DNA of 64,000 nt from Macrostomum lignano (lineage: Eukaryota). Below the pieces are notes generated by a model. The model was not told where the DNA came from, made no database searches, and worked only from the letters and a program-made list of their open reading frames with translations. Of the stretch, positions 44,265 to 56,029 are shown piece by piece. The stretch is taken from the NCBI GenBank assembly GCA_002269645.1, contig NIVC01000841.1, positions 62,001 to 126,000 on the forward strand, given 5' to 3'. The stretch's first letter is position 1. Every line of letters starts with the position of its first letter. A program made the translations under genes and the position numbers.

Positions 44265-45662
44265 ATGCCGTTCAATTTTCCCTGCCGAGCTCGCGACTTA
44301 TTCCCAGTGGATCTGGGCATCGATTTGAAAGCAATGCAACCGGAGATACTGCAGTGCAAACGACGCTTTCAGCAGGACCTATGGAACACAATCTGCAATA
44401 GGGTGCTGCAAGAGCAGTCTAACTGGAAGGATGAGAAAGACGAAAACGAGAAAGGCAGCGAGAAAGGCAGCGAGAAAGGCAGCGAGAAAGGCAACGAGAA
44501 AGGCAACGAGAAAGGCAACGAGAAAGGCAACGGAGACGGCAGCGGCGATAGCGGCAAGAGCAAGGAAAAAAGAAAGGAAAGCAAAGTGGAACAGAAGAAG
44601 AAAGAAGAAAAGTCAGAAGAAAAGTCGGAGGAAAAGGCGGAAGAGAATTCTGAGGAAAAGATGGAGGAGAAGTCTGAAGAGAAGATGGAGGAGAAGTACG
44701 AGGAGAAGACAGAAGAGAAATACGAGGAGAATTACGAGGAGAAGACGGAAGAGAGGGTGGAAGAGAGCGGCGAAGGTTTTAGAAGAGGCTCTGAGAGACC
44801 CGAAGGCGAAAGCGAAGGCGATGGAGGCGGCGGTGGCGGCGGCGAGGGCGAGGGCGAAGGCAACGAAAACAACGCGATGCGGGCAGCAAACCGCAGCAAC
44901 GCCAGGCGAGCGCTGCAGCAACGGAGCACTAAAAGCAGAACGCAACAGCAGCAGCAGCAACAGCAGCGGAAGCCGGCAACGGCAACAAGACCGCGACTTC
45001 TTCCATCGGCATCAGCGTCAAAGCAGCATCAGGAGCAGCAGCAGCAGAAACCGAAGCAGCTACAGCAACAGCCGCCGCAGCGGCGGTCTCGAGGCTTCAA
45101 TGAAGGTCTTCAACAGCAGCTGCCTCTGCCTCGTCGCTACGGAATCGCCAGCGGTGGTGGCAGCGGTGGCGGCGGCGAGCTATCGAACTTTCTGCGCCGA
45201 ATCCAACCGCTGGAAGGCGTACTGGATTGGCGCGGCGGAGGTTCCGGGAGTCGGGCGCGTTTCGCGACAGACGCCACGCAGCCGCCGCCGCCTGCGACAG
45301 TCCTGCCGCCGGTGCTGGCTCACGTGACCCCGGCGGGCGCCACCGCCCGATCCTATTCGGCTACGAGTCGGCGAGAAATTCTCGGCTTCGCCGACGATGT
45401 AAACGAGGACGACGGAGCGGCCTCGCTAGAGGCGTCGGAGATCGTCCATGAGGTGCAGCTGTTCCAGAGTAACTCGTTTGCGGCTGCCGAGGCGCCGAGA
45501 ATCGGAACCTACTACAGCGACCTGGACACCGATTCCTACTATCTGAACAGGGACCGGGTGGACGGCGCCACAACAGACTCTGCTGACAAAGCCAACGCAT
45601 TTGTGCCGCTCTTTGTTGGCAGCTGGTGGGCCTGCGGCGGCCAGAGAAGCTTTCAGATTTGA
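44265..45662 (+). CDS. Hypothetical intronless protein, 465 aa: ordered N- and C-terminal segments flanking E/K-, G- and Q-rich low-complexity repeats
   Basis: Long GC-rich ORF with a sharp compositional transition to AT-rich flanks and the same codon style as the sif exons; ATG preceded by an AG 5 nt upstream. No family recognised. Confidence 0.7.
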   Translation: MPFNFPCRARDLFPVDLGIDLKAMQPEILQCKRRFQQDLWNTICNRVLQEQSNWKDEKDENEKGSEKGSEKGSEKGNEKGNEKGNEKGNGDGSGDSGKSKEKRKESKVEQKKKEEKSEEKSEEKAEENSEEKMEEKSEEKMEEKYEEKTEEKYEENYEEKTEERVEESGEGFRRGSERPEGESEGDGGGGGGGEGEGEGNENNAMRAANRSNARRALQQRSTKSRTQQQQQQQQRKPATATRPRLLPSASASKQHQEQQQQKPKQLQQQPPQRRSRGFNEGLQQQLPLPRRYGIASGGGSGGGGELSNFLRRIQPLEGVLDWRGGGSGSRARFATDATQPPPPATVLPPVLAHVTPAGATARSYSATSRREILGFADDVNEDDGAASLEASEIVHEVQLFQSNSFAAAEAPRIGTYYSDLDTDSYYLNRDRVDGATTDSADKANAFVPLFVGSWWACGGQRSFQI

Positions 45663-45950
45663 CGCCAACTTTTGACGTTTGACCTTAATTGTCTCTCTTT
45701 CTCTCTCCGTCTTTGTAGCAACAGAAAAACGATGCGAATAATTTTTTTCTCAATTAAAAACTGGCTCTTTGCTCGACGGGAGATGGAAGTAATATTTTTT
45801 TACGTTTTTTTAATAGTACAAACACGAGACAAGAGATGCACGAACGGTTTCCGAAATACAACTTAGTGCTATTTTGATGATATTTTTACTCGATTTTTTC
45901 TTTCTTGTGTCTTAATCGGAACTGGATGGGATGTTGCTGCCGAGCAGACT

Positions 45951-46590
45951 GTTTGGTGTCTAACAAGATGGTTTGGTGTCTAACAAGATGGTTTGGTGTC
46001 TAACAAGATGGTTTGGTGTCTAACAAGATGGTTTGGTGTCTAACAACATGGTTGTGTGTCTAACAAGATGGTTTGGTGTCTAACAGGATGGTTTGGTGTC
46101 TAACAACATGGTTGTGTGTCTAACAAGATGGTTTGGTGTCTAACAGGATGGTTTGGTGTCTAACAGAATGGTTTGGTGTCTAACAGGATGGTTTGGTGTC
46201 TAACAGGATGGTTTGGTGTCTAATAGGATGGTTGTGTGTCTAACAAGATGGTTTGGTGTCTAACAAGATGGTTTGGTGTCTAACAAGATGGTTTGGTGTC
46301 TAACAAGATGGTTTGGTGTCTAACAACATGGTTGTGTGTCTAACAAGATGGTTTGGTGTCTAACAGGATGGTTTGGTGTCTAACAGAATGGTTTGGTGTC
46401 TAACAGGATGGTTTGGTGTCTAACAGGATGGTTTGGTGTCTAACAAGATGGTTTGGTGTCTAACAAGATGGTTTGGTGTCTAACAGGGTGGTTTGGTGTC
46501 TAACAGAATGGTTTGGTGTCTAACAGAATGGTTTGGTGTCTAACAAGATGGTTTGGTGTCTAACAGGATAGTTTTGTGTCTAACAAGTTG
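45951..46590 (+). repeat. 20-bp minisatellite ggtttggtgtctaacaagat
   Basis: About 32 units. Confidence 0.96.
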
Positions 46591-46994
46591 GAATGGTTTT
46601 ACAAGCTCAGCGCCCTATTCAAGCCAATTGCGTCAGACAAGTTAGAACTTTGATAAAAAATCAATATTTACTGGTAACTTCCTCATTTGTTAAGAACAAT
46701 TTCGAAGCGTTAGGCAAAATCGAAGAGGTAAAAAACAGATCACACCTCGACATTAACAAGTGTACATTTATTTAATTGCTATACACATCTACGTTTCATT
46801 CAATTCGCAGAGAGAAGTCTAAGAAAATTTTTAGGAAATAAACTAGCAAATTCAACTAAACTAAAGAATAACACATTTAAAAAATAAACGAAGCTACAAA
46901 TACAATCGATATGCAGTTTTTGACTTCATTGCAGGATTTATACAAGTAATAATGATGTAAACGTAATCATCATGAAGTAGAAGTAAAAGCCTCT

Positions 46995-48135
46995 ATGACC
47001 CATCTATGACCCTTCAGCTGGCTGCTAAATATAGCAACCCCCTCTATGACCCTTCAACTGGCTGCTAAATATAGCAACCCCCTCTATGACCCTTCAGCTG
47101 GCTGCTAAATATAGCAACCCCCTCTATGACCCTTCAGCTGGCTGCTAAATGTAGCTAACCCCCTCTATGACCCTTCAGCTGGCTGCTAAATATAGCAACT
47201 CCCTCTATGACCCTTCAGCTGGCTGCTAAATGTAGCTAACCCCCTCTATGACCCTTCAGCTGGCTGCTAAATATAGCAACCCCATCTATGACCCTTCAGC
47301 TGGCTGCTAAATATAGCAACCCCCTCTATGACCCTTCAGCTGGCTGCTAAATATAGCAACCCCCTCTATGACCCTTCAGCTGGCTGCTAAATGTAGCTAA
47401 CCCCCTCTATGACCCTTCAGCTGGCTGCTAAATATAGCAACTCCCTCTATGACCCTTCAGCTGGCTGCTAAATGTAGCTAACCCCCTCTATGACCCTTCA
47501 GCTGGCTGCTAAATATAGCAACCCCATCTATGACCCTTCAGCTGGCTGCTAAATATAGCAACCCCATCTATGACCCTTCAGCTGGCTGCTAAATATAGCA
47601 ACCCCCTCTATGACCCTTCAGCTGGCTGCTAAATATAGCAACCCCCTCTATGACCCTTCAGCTGGCTGCTAAATATAGCAACCCCCTCTATGACCCTTCA
47701 GCTGGCTGCTAAATATAGCAACCCCCTCTATGACCCTTCAGCTGGCTGCTAAATGTAGCTAACCCCCTCTATGACCCTTCAGCTGGCTGCTAAATATAGC
47801 AACCCCCTCTATGACCCTTCAGCTGGCTGCTAAATATAGCTACCCCCTCTATGACCCTTCAGCTGGCTGCTAAATGTAGCTACCCCCTCTATGACCCTTC
47901 AGCTGGCTGCTAAATATAGCAACCCCCTCTATGACCCTTCAGCTGGCTGCTAAATGTAGCTACCCCCTCTATGACCCTTCAGCTGGCTGCTAAATGTAGC
48001 TTACCCCCTCTATGACCCTTCAGCTGGCTGCTAAATGTAGCTAACCCCCTCTATGACCCTTAAGCTAGCTGCTAAATGTAGCTAACCCCCTCTATGACCC
48101 ATCAGCTGGCTGCTAAATGTAGCTACCCACCTCCA
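46995..48135 (+). repeat. 39-40-bp minisatellite cccctctatgacccttcagctggctgctaaatatagcaa
   Basis: About 29 units. Confidence 0.96.
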
Positions 48136-48200
48136 TGACAGTTCAAAACTATGAAACAACAAACTGTAAACAGAGATTCAAAAACATAACAAAAAGATTA

Positions 48201-49922
48201 TCAGGCCAGCTTCCGTCCGTCATCATTGCCAGCCGCAATCAAGGCAACGCATTCAAACGCCCTACAGACGTAGTGAATCTGCATGACATCGGCCAGTTTA
48301 GACAGAAAATGACCGGACACAATCCGAAACACTGCGGGGCACAGATTAGCCAGTTTGTGATCCAACAGTTTTAATCCGACAAAGCCGACACAGCTGAGAG
48401 CAGCCAAAGCCACATTCTTAATCAGACCAGTCGCAGAGGACAGCTCAGGATAAAGGCACAGGAAAATCCCTGATCCCATCGCGGCAGACACGTGCAAAGT
48501 CAGCGCCAATTCGAAACCAACATCGGTTACTACTGCTAGTAGGTAGCTAAGCAGCGATGCAACCATTGTAATTAAAATAGGACCAGCTGATAAATGACCA
48601 GTTACGGTGGAGATCACCCAGATTGGAACCCAGGCAAAGAATGGCAGAGTTACCCATTGGTCAACAACTGCCAGGTTGTGCGACATTCGTACAATCCGGG
48701 CTAATTGCACCGGCCCGTAGGCTGTTGCCATGACGGCGAATACGCTGAATAAATAGGCCGCATCGCGTGATAAACTGCCTGCGGATTGGGATAATGCGGG
48801 AACGTGCGGACTTCGTTAATCTGCATCCCCTTTACCTGAAGCTGTATCCCCTTTACCTGAAGCTGTAAACCCCTTTACCTGAAGCTGTAAACCCCTTTAC
48901 CTGAAGCTGTATCCCCTTTACCTGAAGCTGTAAACCCTTTACCTGAAGCTGTAACCCCCTTTACCTGAAGCTGTAACCCCCTTTACCTGAAGCTGTAACC
49001 CCCTTTACCTGAAGCTGTATCCCCTTTACCTGAAGCTGTAACCCCCTTTACCTGAAGCTGTATCCCATTTACCTGAAGCTGTAAACCCCTTTACCTGAAG
49101 CTGTAAACCCCTTTACCTGAAGCTGTAAACCCCTTTACCTGAAGCTGTATCCCCTTTACCTGAAGCTGTATCCCCTTTACCTGAAGCTGTATCCCCTTTA
49201 CCTGAAGCTGTAAACCCTTTACCTGAAGCTGTAACCCCCTTTACCTGAAGCTGTAACACTTTTATCTGAAGCTGTATCCCCCTTTACCTGAAGCTGTATC
49301 TCTTTTACCTGAAGCTGTAACCCCCTTTACCTGAAGCTGTATCCCCCTTTACCTGAAGCTGTATCCCCCTTTACCTGAAGCTGTAACCCCCTTTACCTGA
49401 AGCTGTATCCCCATTTACCTGAAGCTGTATCCACTTTACCTGAAGCTGTATCCCAGGTAACACAGGTAAAATGGGAAAGAAGTGAAAGAAGAGTCAATTT
49501 GAGGCGCTTTATTGTCTGCGACTCTGGGGGACACAGATCAACAATAGTGCATGCCTTCACTCACCAGTTAGAAACAGCCGCTTCACCCTAAGCAACCAAT
49601 AGATACCGCAGAAGCTGTAACCAAAGTTCACCGCAGTATTCAGCGGCATCGGCAGCCAGGTTGGCAGCCAGGCTAAGCTATGCCGCTCAGCGTACCGACT
49701 CAAATCTGTGTCTGTCTGCACAACATCGAATATGCCGCACTGGCTCATGCACAGTATGAATACAAGGCCGCAGGTCACGTGACCAAAGGCGGCATTGAAC
49801 AGACTAATGTACTCTCCAGCTAGTAGGTTTCTATTGGCTGCTAGATTACTGTTGTTGTTAGCATTCGAACTGCTGCTAGGCGCTCTGTCAGACGTTGGAG
49901 ACGATGGCCCGTGTCTGCGCAT
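48201..49922 (-). CDS. TMEM187: Transmembrane protein 187; exons 49922-49565 and 48778-48201, 311 aa
   Basis: YAE...LP.WLPMPLNTAVNFGY; YGPVQLARI......VVDQWVTLPFFAW; SCVGFVGLKLLDH.LA....F....GHF.SK.ADVMQIHY all match TMEM187. Phase-1 GT-AG intron. Confidence 0.92.
48826..49455 (-). repeat. 20-21-bp minisatellite in the TMEM187 intron (sense unit tacagcttcaggtaaagggg)
   Basis: About 31 units. Confidence 0.96.
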
Positions 49923-50089
49923 TTCAGTTTCCTTGCAATGAATGTTTCACTGGCTGAAAATGATTGTTTTCCGCGCGGGTTATTAGAAATTTTGATGATA
50001 TGCCAAACTTTTGAAATTTGCGACAAACTTAAGGAGTTGCAAAATACATTCGAATAGTTGATGATCTGTGATTATGATTTTATTGATGA

Positions 50090-50410
50090 TCCACCTGGGA
50101 TTGAGGGATTAACGATTATCATCGGTAATGATATTCCACCTGAGGATTAAGAGATTAGCAATTATCGTCAGTCATGATATTCCAATTGAGGATTAAGAGA
50201 TTAACGATTATCATCGGTAATGATATTCCACCTGAGGATTAAGAGATTAGCAATTATCGTCAGTCATGATATTCCACTTGAGGATAAAGAGATTAGGGAT
50301 TAACATCCGTCATGATAATCCACCTGAGACTTAAGGGTATGAGGATTATCATCTGCATTGATATTTCATCCGAGGATTAAGAGATTAAATATTAACATCT
50401 GTGATTATAT
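50090..50410. repeat. 46-bp tandem repeat with a dimeric (92-bp) higher order
   Basis: Alternating attaacgattatcatcggtaatg and attagcaattatcgtcagtcatg units. Confidence 0.8.
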
Positions 50411-50770
50411 ATCACTTAAGAAATAATGGATTTATAAATAGTATCAACACAACCTAAACCACCATGATTACCAACTTATGCGATGATTCAATGAGTTTTT
50501 TTTAACTGACACTGTTTTAAAAGCAACAACAACAAAAATTCTACTGTAATAAATACATGTAGCAAGCAAACAAAGAAAATAACTCAACCAATATATCAAG
50601 ATATATTAGAAATTAAAATTAAAATCAGCAAATTGATGCACCACCAAATATTTCTCAGAAAATTTGGTAAAATCAAACAAAAAATACATCAACTTATCAT
50701 TGACTTTTAAATTTACTGATATGCATTTACGTATCTGTAATCTTTATAATACCTACAAATTCTACTAAGG

Positions 50771-51435
50771 TGATCACGTGACCTAATACTGTACTTTTAA
50801 CTTGGAGAATAATAAATAGTTTTATTTTCCTAAGTACGAGTGTACATTGAATTTTTTAGTATTAACAGCCTAAAATTATCGAAAAGTACGCCAAGAGATC
50901 ACGTGACTTTGTTTTTATTGACCAGACAAGAATAAAATATTTCGGAAAGTTCAGACGGCTAAAAAGTACACCTACCAGATCACGTGACCTAGTTTTTGTC
51001 CAGCCGAGAATCGAATAGTCACAACGTTCAGACGAATTAAAAGTGCACCTTAGATCAAGTGACCCAGTTTTCATTATTTAGCTACAAATAAAATATATAA
51101 GAAAGTTCACACAACCTAAAAGTACACCAGTCAATTATAAATGGGTCACGTGACCAAGTTTTATTGTCCAGCTCAGAATCAAATCTTTTAGAAAGTTTAG
51201 ACGGCCTGAAAGTACACCGAGAGCTCACGTGACCTACTTTTTGTTCAGCTAAGAATCAAGTTCAGACAGCATGAAAGTACATCGAGAGCTTACGTGACCT
51301 ACTTTTTATTGTTCAGCTAAGAATCAAGTTCAGACCGCATGAAAGTACATCGAGAGCTCACGTGGCCTACTTTTTATTGTTTAGCAAAGAATTAAGTTCA
51401 GACGGACTAAAAGTACACCGTTAGAGCACGTGACC
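50771..51435. repeat. Degenerate 60-120-bp tandem repeat, each unit carrying a (T)CACGTGA(C)-type E-box
   Basis: TCACGTGA at 50774, 50899, 50980, 51146 and 51225, plus 4 variants. Confidence 0.75.
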
Positions 51436-51459
51436 CAGTTTTCATCAAATAGCTACAAA

Positions 51460-52615
51460 TTACCTAGAAGTCAAATTGCCAAAGTACACCGGAATCACGC
51501 GACCCAGTCCTTTATCTTCTAGAAACCGAATCACCAGACCCCAGTCTTGCAGCACCTCGCGGCCTCTCCCTGGTCTGGCATTGAATGACAGCTCGCGAAA
51601 GTCGTCAAATTTTTTAAACTGCCGCCGGACAGCTTCAGTAGCATCTGGCGGACAAACATCTTTCTCCTTCATGGTGAGTTTCTTCCAATTCAATCGGCGC
51701 AATCGTTGCCAGAATTCTTCAACCGCGGATTCGGGTCCTTCAACGCAGACAATGCCGGGTTTGCCAACTATTGAGAAGCCGGTTAAACGCAATTCAGCGC
51801 TCCAGTTGAGAATGTCGCGCCGTTTCAAGCTGTTATAGATGTGATGACTGTGAATCCACAGGCGGCTGAGACGCTGGTCAGTTGTTGCTTCCGTTTCTGC
51901 TGCTCCTGCTTCCGTTGCTGTGGAAGCTGAAGCATCTTCGTCAGTAGGAATGTTGGTTGAAACGAACTCCGTTAGCCAGCTAAGCATCTGAATTGTGGTT
52001 TTGAAATTTTTAATATATCTACCGATATGTTGCGTAAATAATAACTTTAGACACACCGAAAACTAAAATAACTGTAACATACCGATATGTAGCGTATAAT
52101 ACTATTCTATTCGATACTTAAAAAACTAAATTAATCACAAATCCACCGATACGTAACGAAAATAACTAAAACTATAGAAAAAGTGATTACAGCTATACCT
52201 GATAAAGCACCGGTTCGCCCGGTTTAAACATCTCTTCAAGCTGATTGGCCAATGCTTCGCTAGCCAATCGGAGCCGATCGCGGCTCAGCCAATCAGATCG
52301 CAGGAACAGTCCGGGTGGTTTCTCAATAGGATATGCGCCCGACAACCGGCAAATGCACTCCAGAACTACCAGATTGGAAGTTCCAATAATTCGAAAAGTG
52401 AACCCGATCCGGAACTGACACTCAGACATCGCGTCGACGTCAGCTTCGCTAACTAATCGTCGAAGTTCGTCGACAGCGACAAAATCTTCGATTTTCAGTT
52501 CGGCCTCGTCCGGATACATGCTGAGCAGGAGGTCCAGCTCGGCCAGCTGTTCTCCGATGCACCGCAGAAGCAGCTGGTTATGATCCTTCTTGATACCATC
52601 GCTGCTGCTTGACAT
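51460..52615 (-). CDS. RWDD2B: RWD domain-containing protein 2B (RWD + DUF1115); exons 52615-52199 and 51987-51460, ~314 aa
   Basis: EQLAELDLLLSMYP; YP...P.LFLRS..LSR; RLWIHSHHIYN..KRRDILNWS.EL.LTGFS..GKPG.VCVEGP....EEFW.RLRRLNWK. Phase-0 intron. The start ATG at 52615 is inferred. Confidence 0.93.
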
Positions 52616-52682
52616 TTGGCATGAATGAGAAGTTAAAGATTTGTTAGTTCGTTTCATTTGAGTTTGCTTCATTTCACAGAGG

Positions 52683-52760
52683 GTGTACATGCCTAACGAT
52701 TAGAAAGTCTGTGGGACGATGTCGCCGAAGGTGTTGCGTCAGGGTGTAACGAATCTAAAC
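52683..52760 (+). mobile_element. Internally deleted remnant of the SINE family seen at 60791
   Basis: gtgtacatgcctaacgat is identical to 60953-60970; gtcgccgaaggtgttgcgtcaggg matches the 62.3-kb copy. Confidence 0.65.
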
Positions 52761-52780
52761 CCTACTGTAGTAGTTATCTA

Positions 52781-52862
52781 ACCAACAAACAAACTGACTG
52801 ACTAACTGACTGACTGACTGACTAACTGACAGACTAACTAACTGACTAACTAACTAACTAAA

Positions 52863-52919
<57 letters not shown>

Positions 52920-53430
52920 GACTAGCTAACTGACTAGCTAACTGACTGACTAACTAACTAACTAACTAACAAACTAACTGACTAACTAACTGACTGACTA
53001 ACTAACTGACTGACTGACTGACTAACTAACTAACTAACTAACTAGCTAACTGACTGACTGACTGACTAACTAACTGAATAACTAACTGACTAGCTAACTG
53101 ACTGACTGACTGACTGACTAACTAACTGAATAACTAACTGACTAGCTAACTGACTGACTAACTAACTAACTAACTGACTAGCTAACTAACTAACTGACTA
53201 ACTAACTAACTAACTAACTGACTAGCTAACTGACTGACTAACTAACTGACTGACTGACTGACTAACTAACTGACTAACTAACTAACTAACTAACTGACTA
53301 GCTAACTGACTGACTAACTAACTGACTGACTGACTGACTGACTGACTAACTAACTGACTAACTGACTAACTGACTGACTAACTAACTGACTGACTAACTG
53401 ACTAACTGACTGACTAACTAATTACCTAAC
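52781..53430 (+). repeat. (CTAA/CTGA)n compound microsatellite
   Basis: Direct reading. Confidence 0.96.
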
Positions 53431-54489
53431 TAGAAAGAAACATTTCTACATCAACCCTACCTAATTTGGGCTTCGGTTTTATTGGTGTTTGGAATTAAGT
53501 AAAGTTATTTTTTGCAGTTCATGAACAGAAGCATGAACGCCACTGCAAAGGTGTACCAAATTATCGGTAAAATTAATAAACACTCTGCATCACGAGCTAA
53601 CAGACTGCAAGTTAAAAAACACAGCAAAATAACAAACAATCAGACACTTACACAATAATTTTTTTGGATGTTCGACTTGTATTTTTCATTAATAGAAATA
53701 ATAACACAAGAAATTGAGTGTTTATTTACTCAACTGAATTATATAGAAAATGTCAGTAGTATATAGCGCATATCATAACAATGTGGAGACGAGCTGTGTT
53801 TAAAATTTTCCATGCATAAAAATGAAATCATTGACTAGACAGAGCTAAATTCTAGCTAATAACATAATATTGACAGATTCTTTTTTCCTACTCATAGTAA
53901 TATAATGCAGAACATACATGATACAAGCTACTCTGAAGACGGTAAGAACTTAACAATAGGAACAATTCTGTAAACTACTTATATGAGTAGCGTGTAAAAG
54001 CAGTATCTAGATGATTATATAGATTATAAATCAGTTAGAAACTCAAAAAGAAATAAGAAATTATGTGCAGCAAAACAAAACCTTAATCCAGCAACACGGT
54101 TATGATAAATTTGTGTTAATAGGGAAAGTTAAAATTTAATAAATTTATGAAGAGAAAACTGTCGTTTAATATATAACTTTTTCTAACAGCATTTAAAAGT
54201 GGGTGCAAATTATTGATAAAGTTTTTACCTACTACAAGTAGTGCATAAAGCGTAGATGTACATGTGTATTAACTGGTGTATTTTTAATATATCGATAATC
54301 GTCATATTTTATCACTGATATTAGTAGTAGAGATAGCATATTTTAATCATTAGTTTGTTAAAACCAAATTTCGTCTGACCAATCGATCGGATCCAATATT
54401 AGTGCGAAGCGGTGACTTTTTTTGCCCCAACAGGTTAGCATTTCGTGCCTGATTAATGGCCATAGACACGGGTCTATGATATTTGACAG

Positions 54490-54810
54490 TCAGCGACATT
54501 TGACAGTTTGTGACATTTGACTGTCAGTGACACTTGACTGTCGGTGACATTTGACTGCAAGTGACATTTGATTCTCAGTGACAATTGATTGTCAGTGACA
54601 TTTGACTAGTCAGTGACATTTGACTCTCAGTGTCATTTGACTGTCAGTGACATTTGATTCTCAGTGACAATTGATTGTCAGTGACATTTGACTCTCAGTG
54701 ACAATTGATTCTCAGTGACATTTGATTCTCAGTGACATTTGACTGTCAGTGACATTTGACTGCCAGTGATATTTGACTCTCAGTGACATTTGAATGTCAG
54801 TGACAGTTGA
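54490..54810 (+). repeat. 17-bp minisatellite tgactgtcagtgacatt (same family as 63655-63875)
   Basis: About 18 units. Confidence 0.9.
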
Positions 54811-55189
54811 CTATAATATACTGTTATATAGTATCTGTGCATTTGCCTGTCAGCAACAGCAACTGCCAATTTGAGTTGCCAATCTAGCCCAAACCTTAAG
54901 CCTAACTCTAGCTTAGAGCTTTGCCCTCGTTATTCCTGGCAGTGCTGTGACCATGGTACAAACTTTTATGGTATAAAATGCCTATTGCTCTGCGTTAGGC
55001 GTCATCTGATAACTCCATTAAAGCAGTCTTATTGCATGAATATACTTTAAGTACTATATAATGGTGATATTTTCTTCAGGAGCTAGAAAAAGCTGTCTCA
55101 CTTTTCTCTTTCATCCAACAAAACACTTTACTACTCAAAGTAGTAGTAGTAGTAGTAGTAGTAATATATAAAACTTCGGTGACTTATTG

Positions 55190-56029
55190 TCAGTTATCAG
55201 TAGCATCAAGACTGTACGGCCTTCTCTGTCGCGTCTCAGTTGATTCGGTTGGCTGAGCATCAGCATCAGCAGCATTCTGAGCAGCCTGTTTCTGCTGCAA
55301 GTTCTGCATAGCGCCAAGAATGCTAGTCATCTGTCGCTCCGTTTCCTCAAGTCGGCTTCGCAACTGCACTAATTCATTCTCCGAGATGTCCTGATCGTCA
55401 ACGCGACGGAGCAGCTTCTCCAGATCTCTGTGCATCCGTTCGTACCGATTCTGCTCAACGAAATCTCCATCATCTCCATCATCATCACGACGGCATCTGC
55501 CGCCGCCAACAGCCGACCGTGTGGAATTATGATTATCAATAAATTCTCCGCTCAACGGATCGAAATGAAAGTTGCGATAATAATCGTTAATAGCCTCGCC
55601 GGAATTGCCGCGTCGAGCGCTAGAGTTTCTACTATTAGTAGCATTACTATTGGATTTGAAGCCGCCCATCACTTTGACCAGGGTGTACACCAGATACAGC
55701 ACAATGCCTATAGCGTACACCGGCAGAATCAGACCAACCACGTTGCCCCTGCCGCCGAAGCCGCTCTGCTGTCTGGCCTGCACAGATGCCGCGTGCTCGG
55801 CCGCCATCCGAGGACCCGGGCCGCCGCCTGGGCCGCCCGGCATCGGGCGCCGAAGTTTCGGGTGGACCCCGTCAGGCCAGTCGCCGCCGCCGCTACCAGA
55901 GGATTGCGACTGTCGTAAACCAAGACCGGCCATAATCATGGGGTGAAATATTTTCGGGTAAAGTACAGCAAAACAGCAGACCATGATGCCAAGAACTAAG
56001 TAGGTCTTTGTTTGCACCGATAGTTCCAT
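55190..56029 (-). CDS. RIC3: RIC-3, chaperone of nicotinic acetylcholine/5-HT3 receptors, 279 aa, single coding exon
   Basis: N-terminal hydrophobic segment with CFAVLYPKIFHPM, a G/P-rich spacer, TM GLILPVYAIGIVLYLVYTLVK, and C-terminal coiled coil ELVQLRSRLEETERQMTSIL. Confidence 0.92.
   Translation of the reverse strand: MELSVQTKTYLVLGIMVCCFAVLYPKIFHPMIMAGLGLRQSQSSGSGGGDWPDGVHPKLRRPMPGGPGGGPGPRMAAEHAASVQARQQSGFGGRGNVVGLILPVYAIGIVLYLVYTLVKVMGGFKSNSNATNSRNSSARRGNSGEAINDYYRNFHFDPLSGEFIDNHNSTRSAVGGGRCRRDDDGDDGDFVEQNRYERMHRDLEKLLRRVDDQDISENELVQLRSRLEETERQMTSILGAMQNLQQKQAAQNAADADAQPTESTETRQRRPYSLDATDN

Noticed and set aside
44369-45668. Alternative-frame and antisense ORFs overlapping the 465-aa gene (similar ones overlap sif exon 5 and RIC-3)
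   Set aside because: Expected shadows of GC-rich, low-complexity coding sequence.
46995-48135. Regularly spaced 20-40-bp repeats superficially like CRISPR arrays
   Set aside because: Head-to-tail units with no unique spacers, no cas genes, and a eukaryotic context.
55029-55038. TTATTGCATG, resembling my recollection of the 3' end of a Macrostomum spliced leader
   Set aside because: Only 10 nt match, no GT donor or Sm site follows, and the reference sequence is from memory; chance match.
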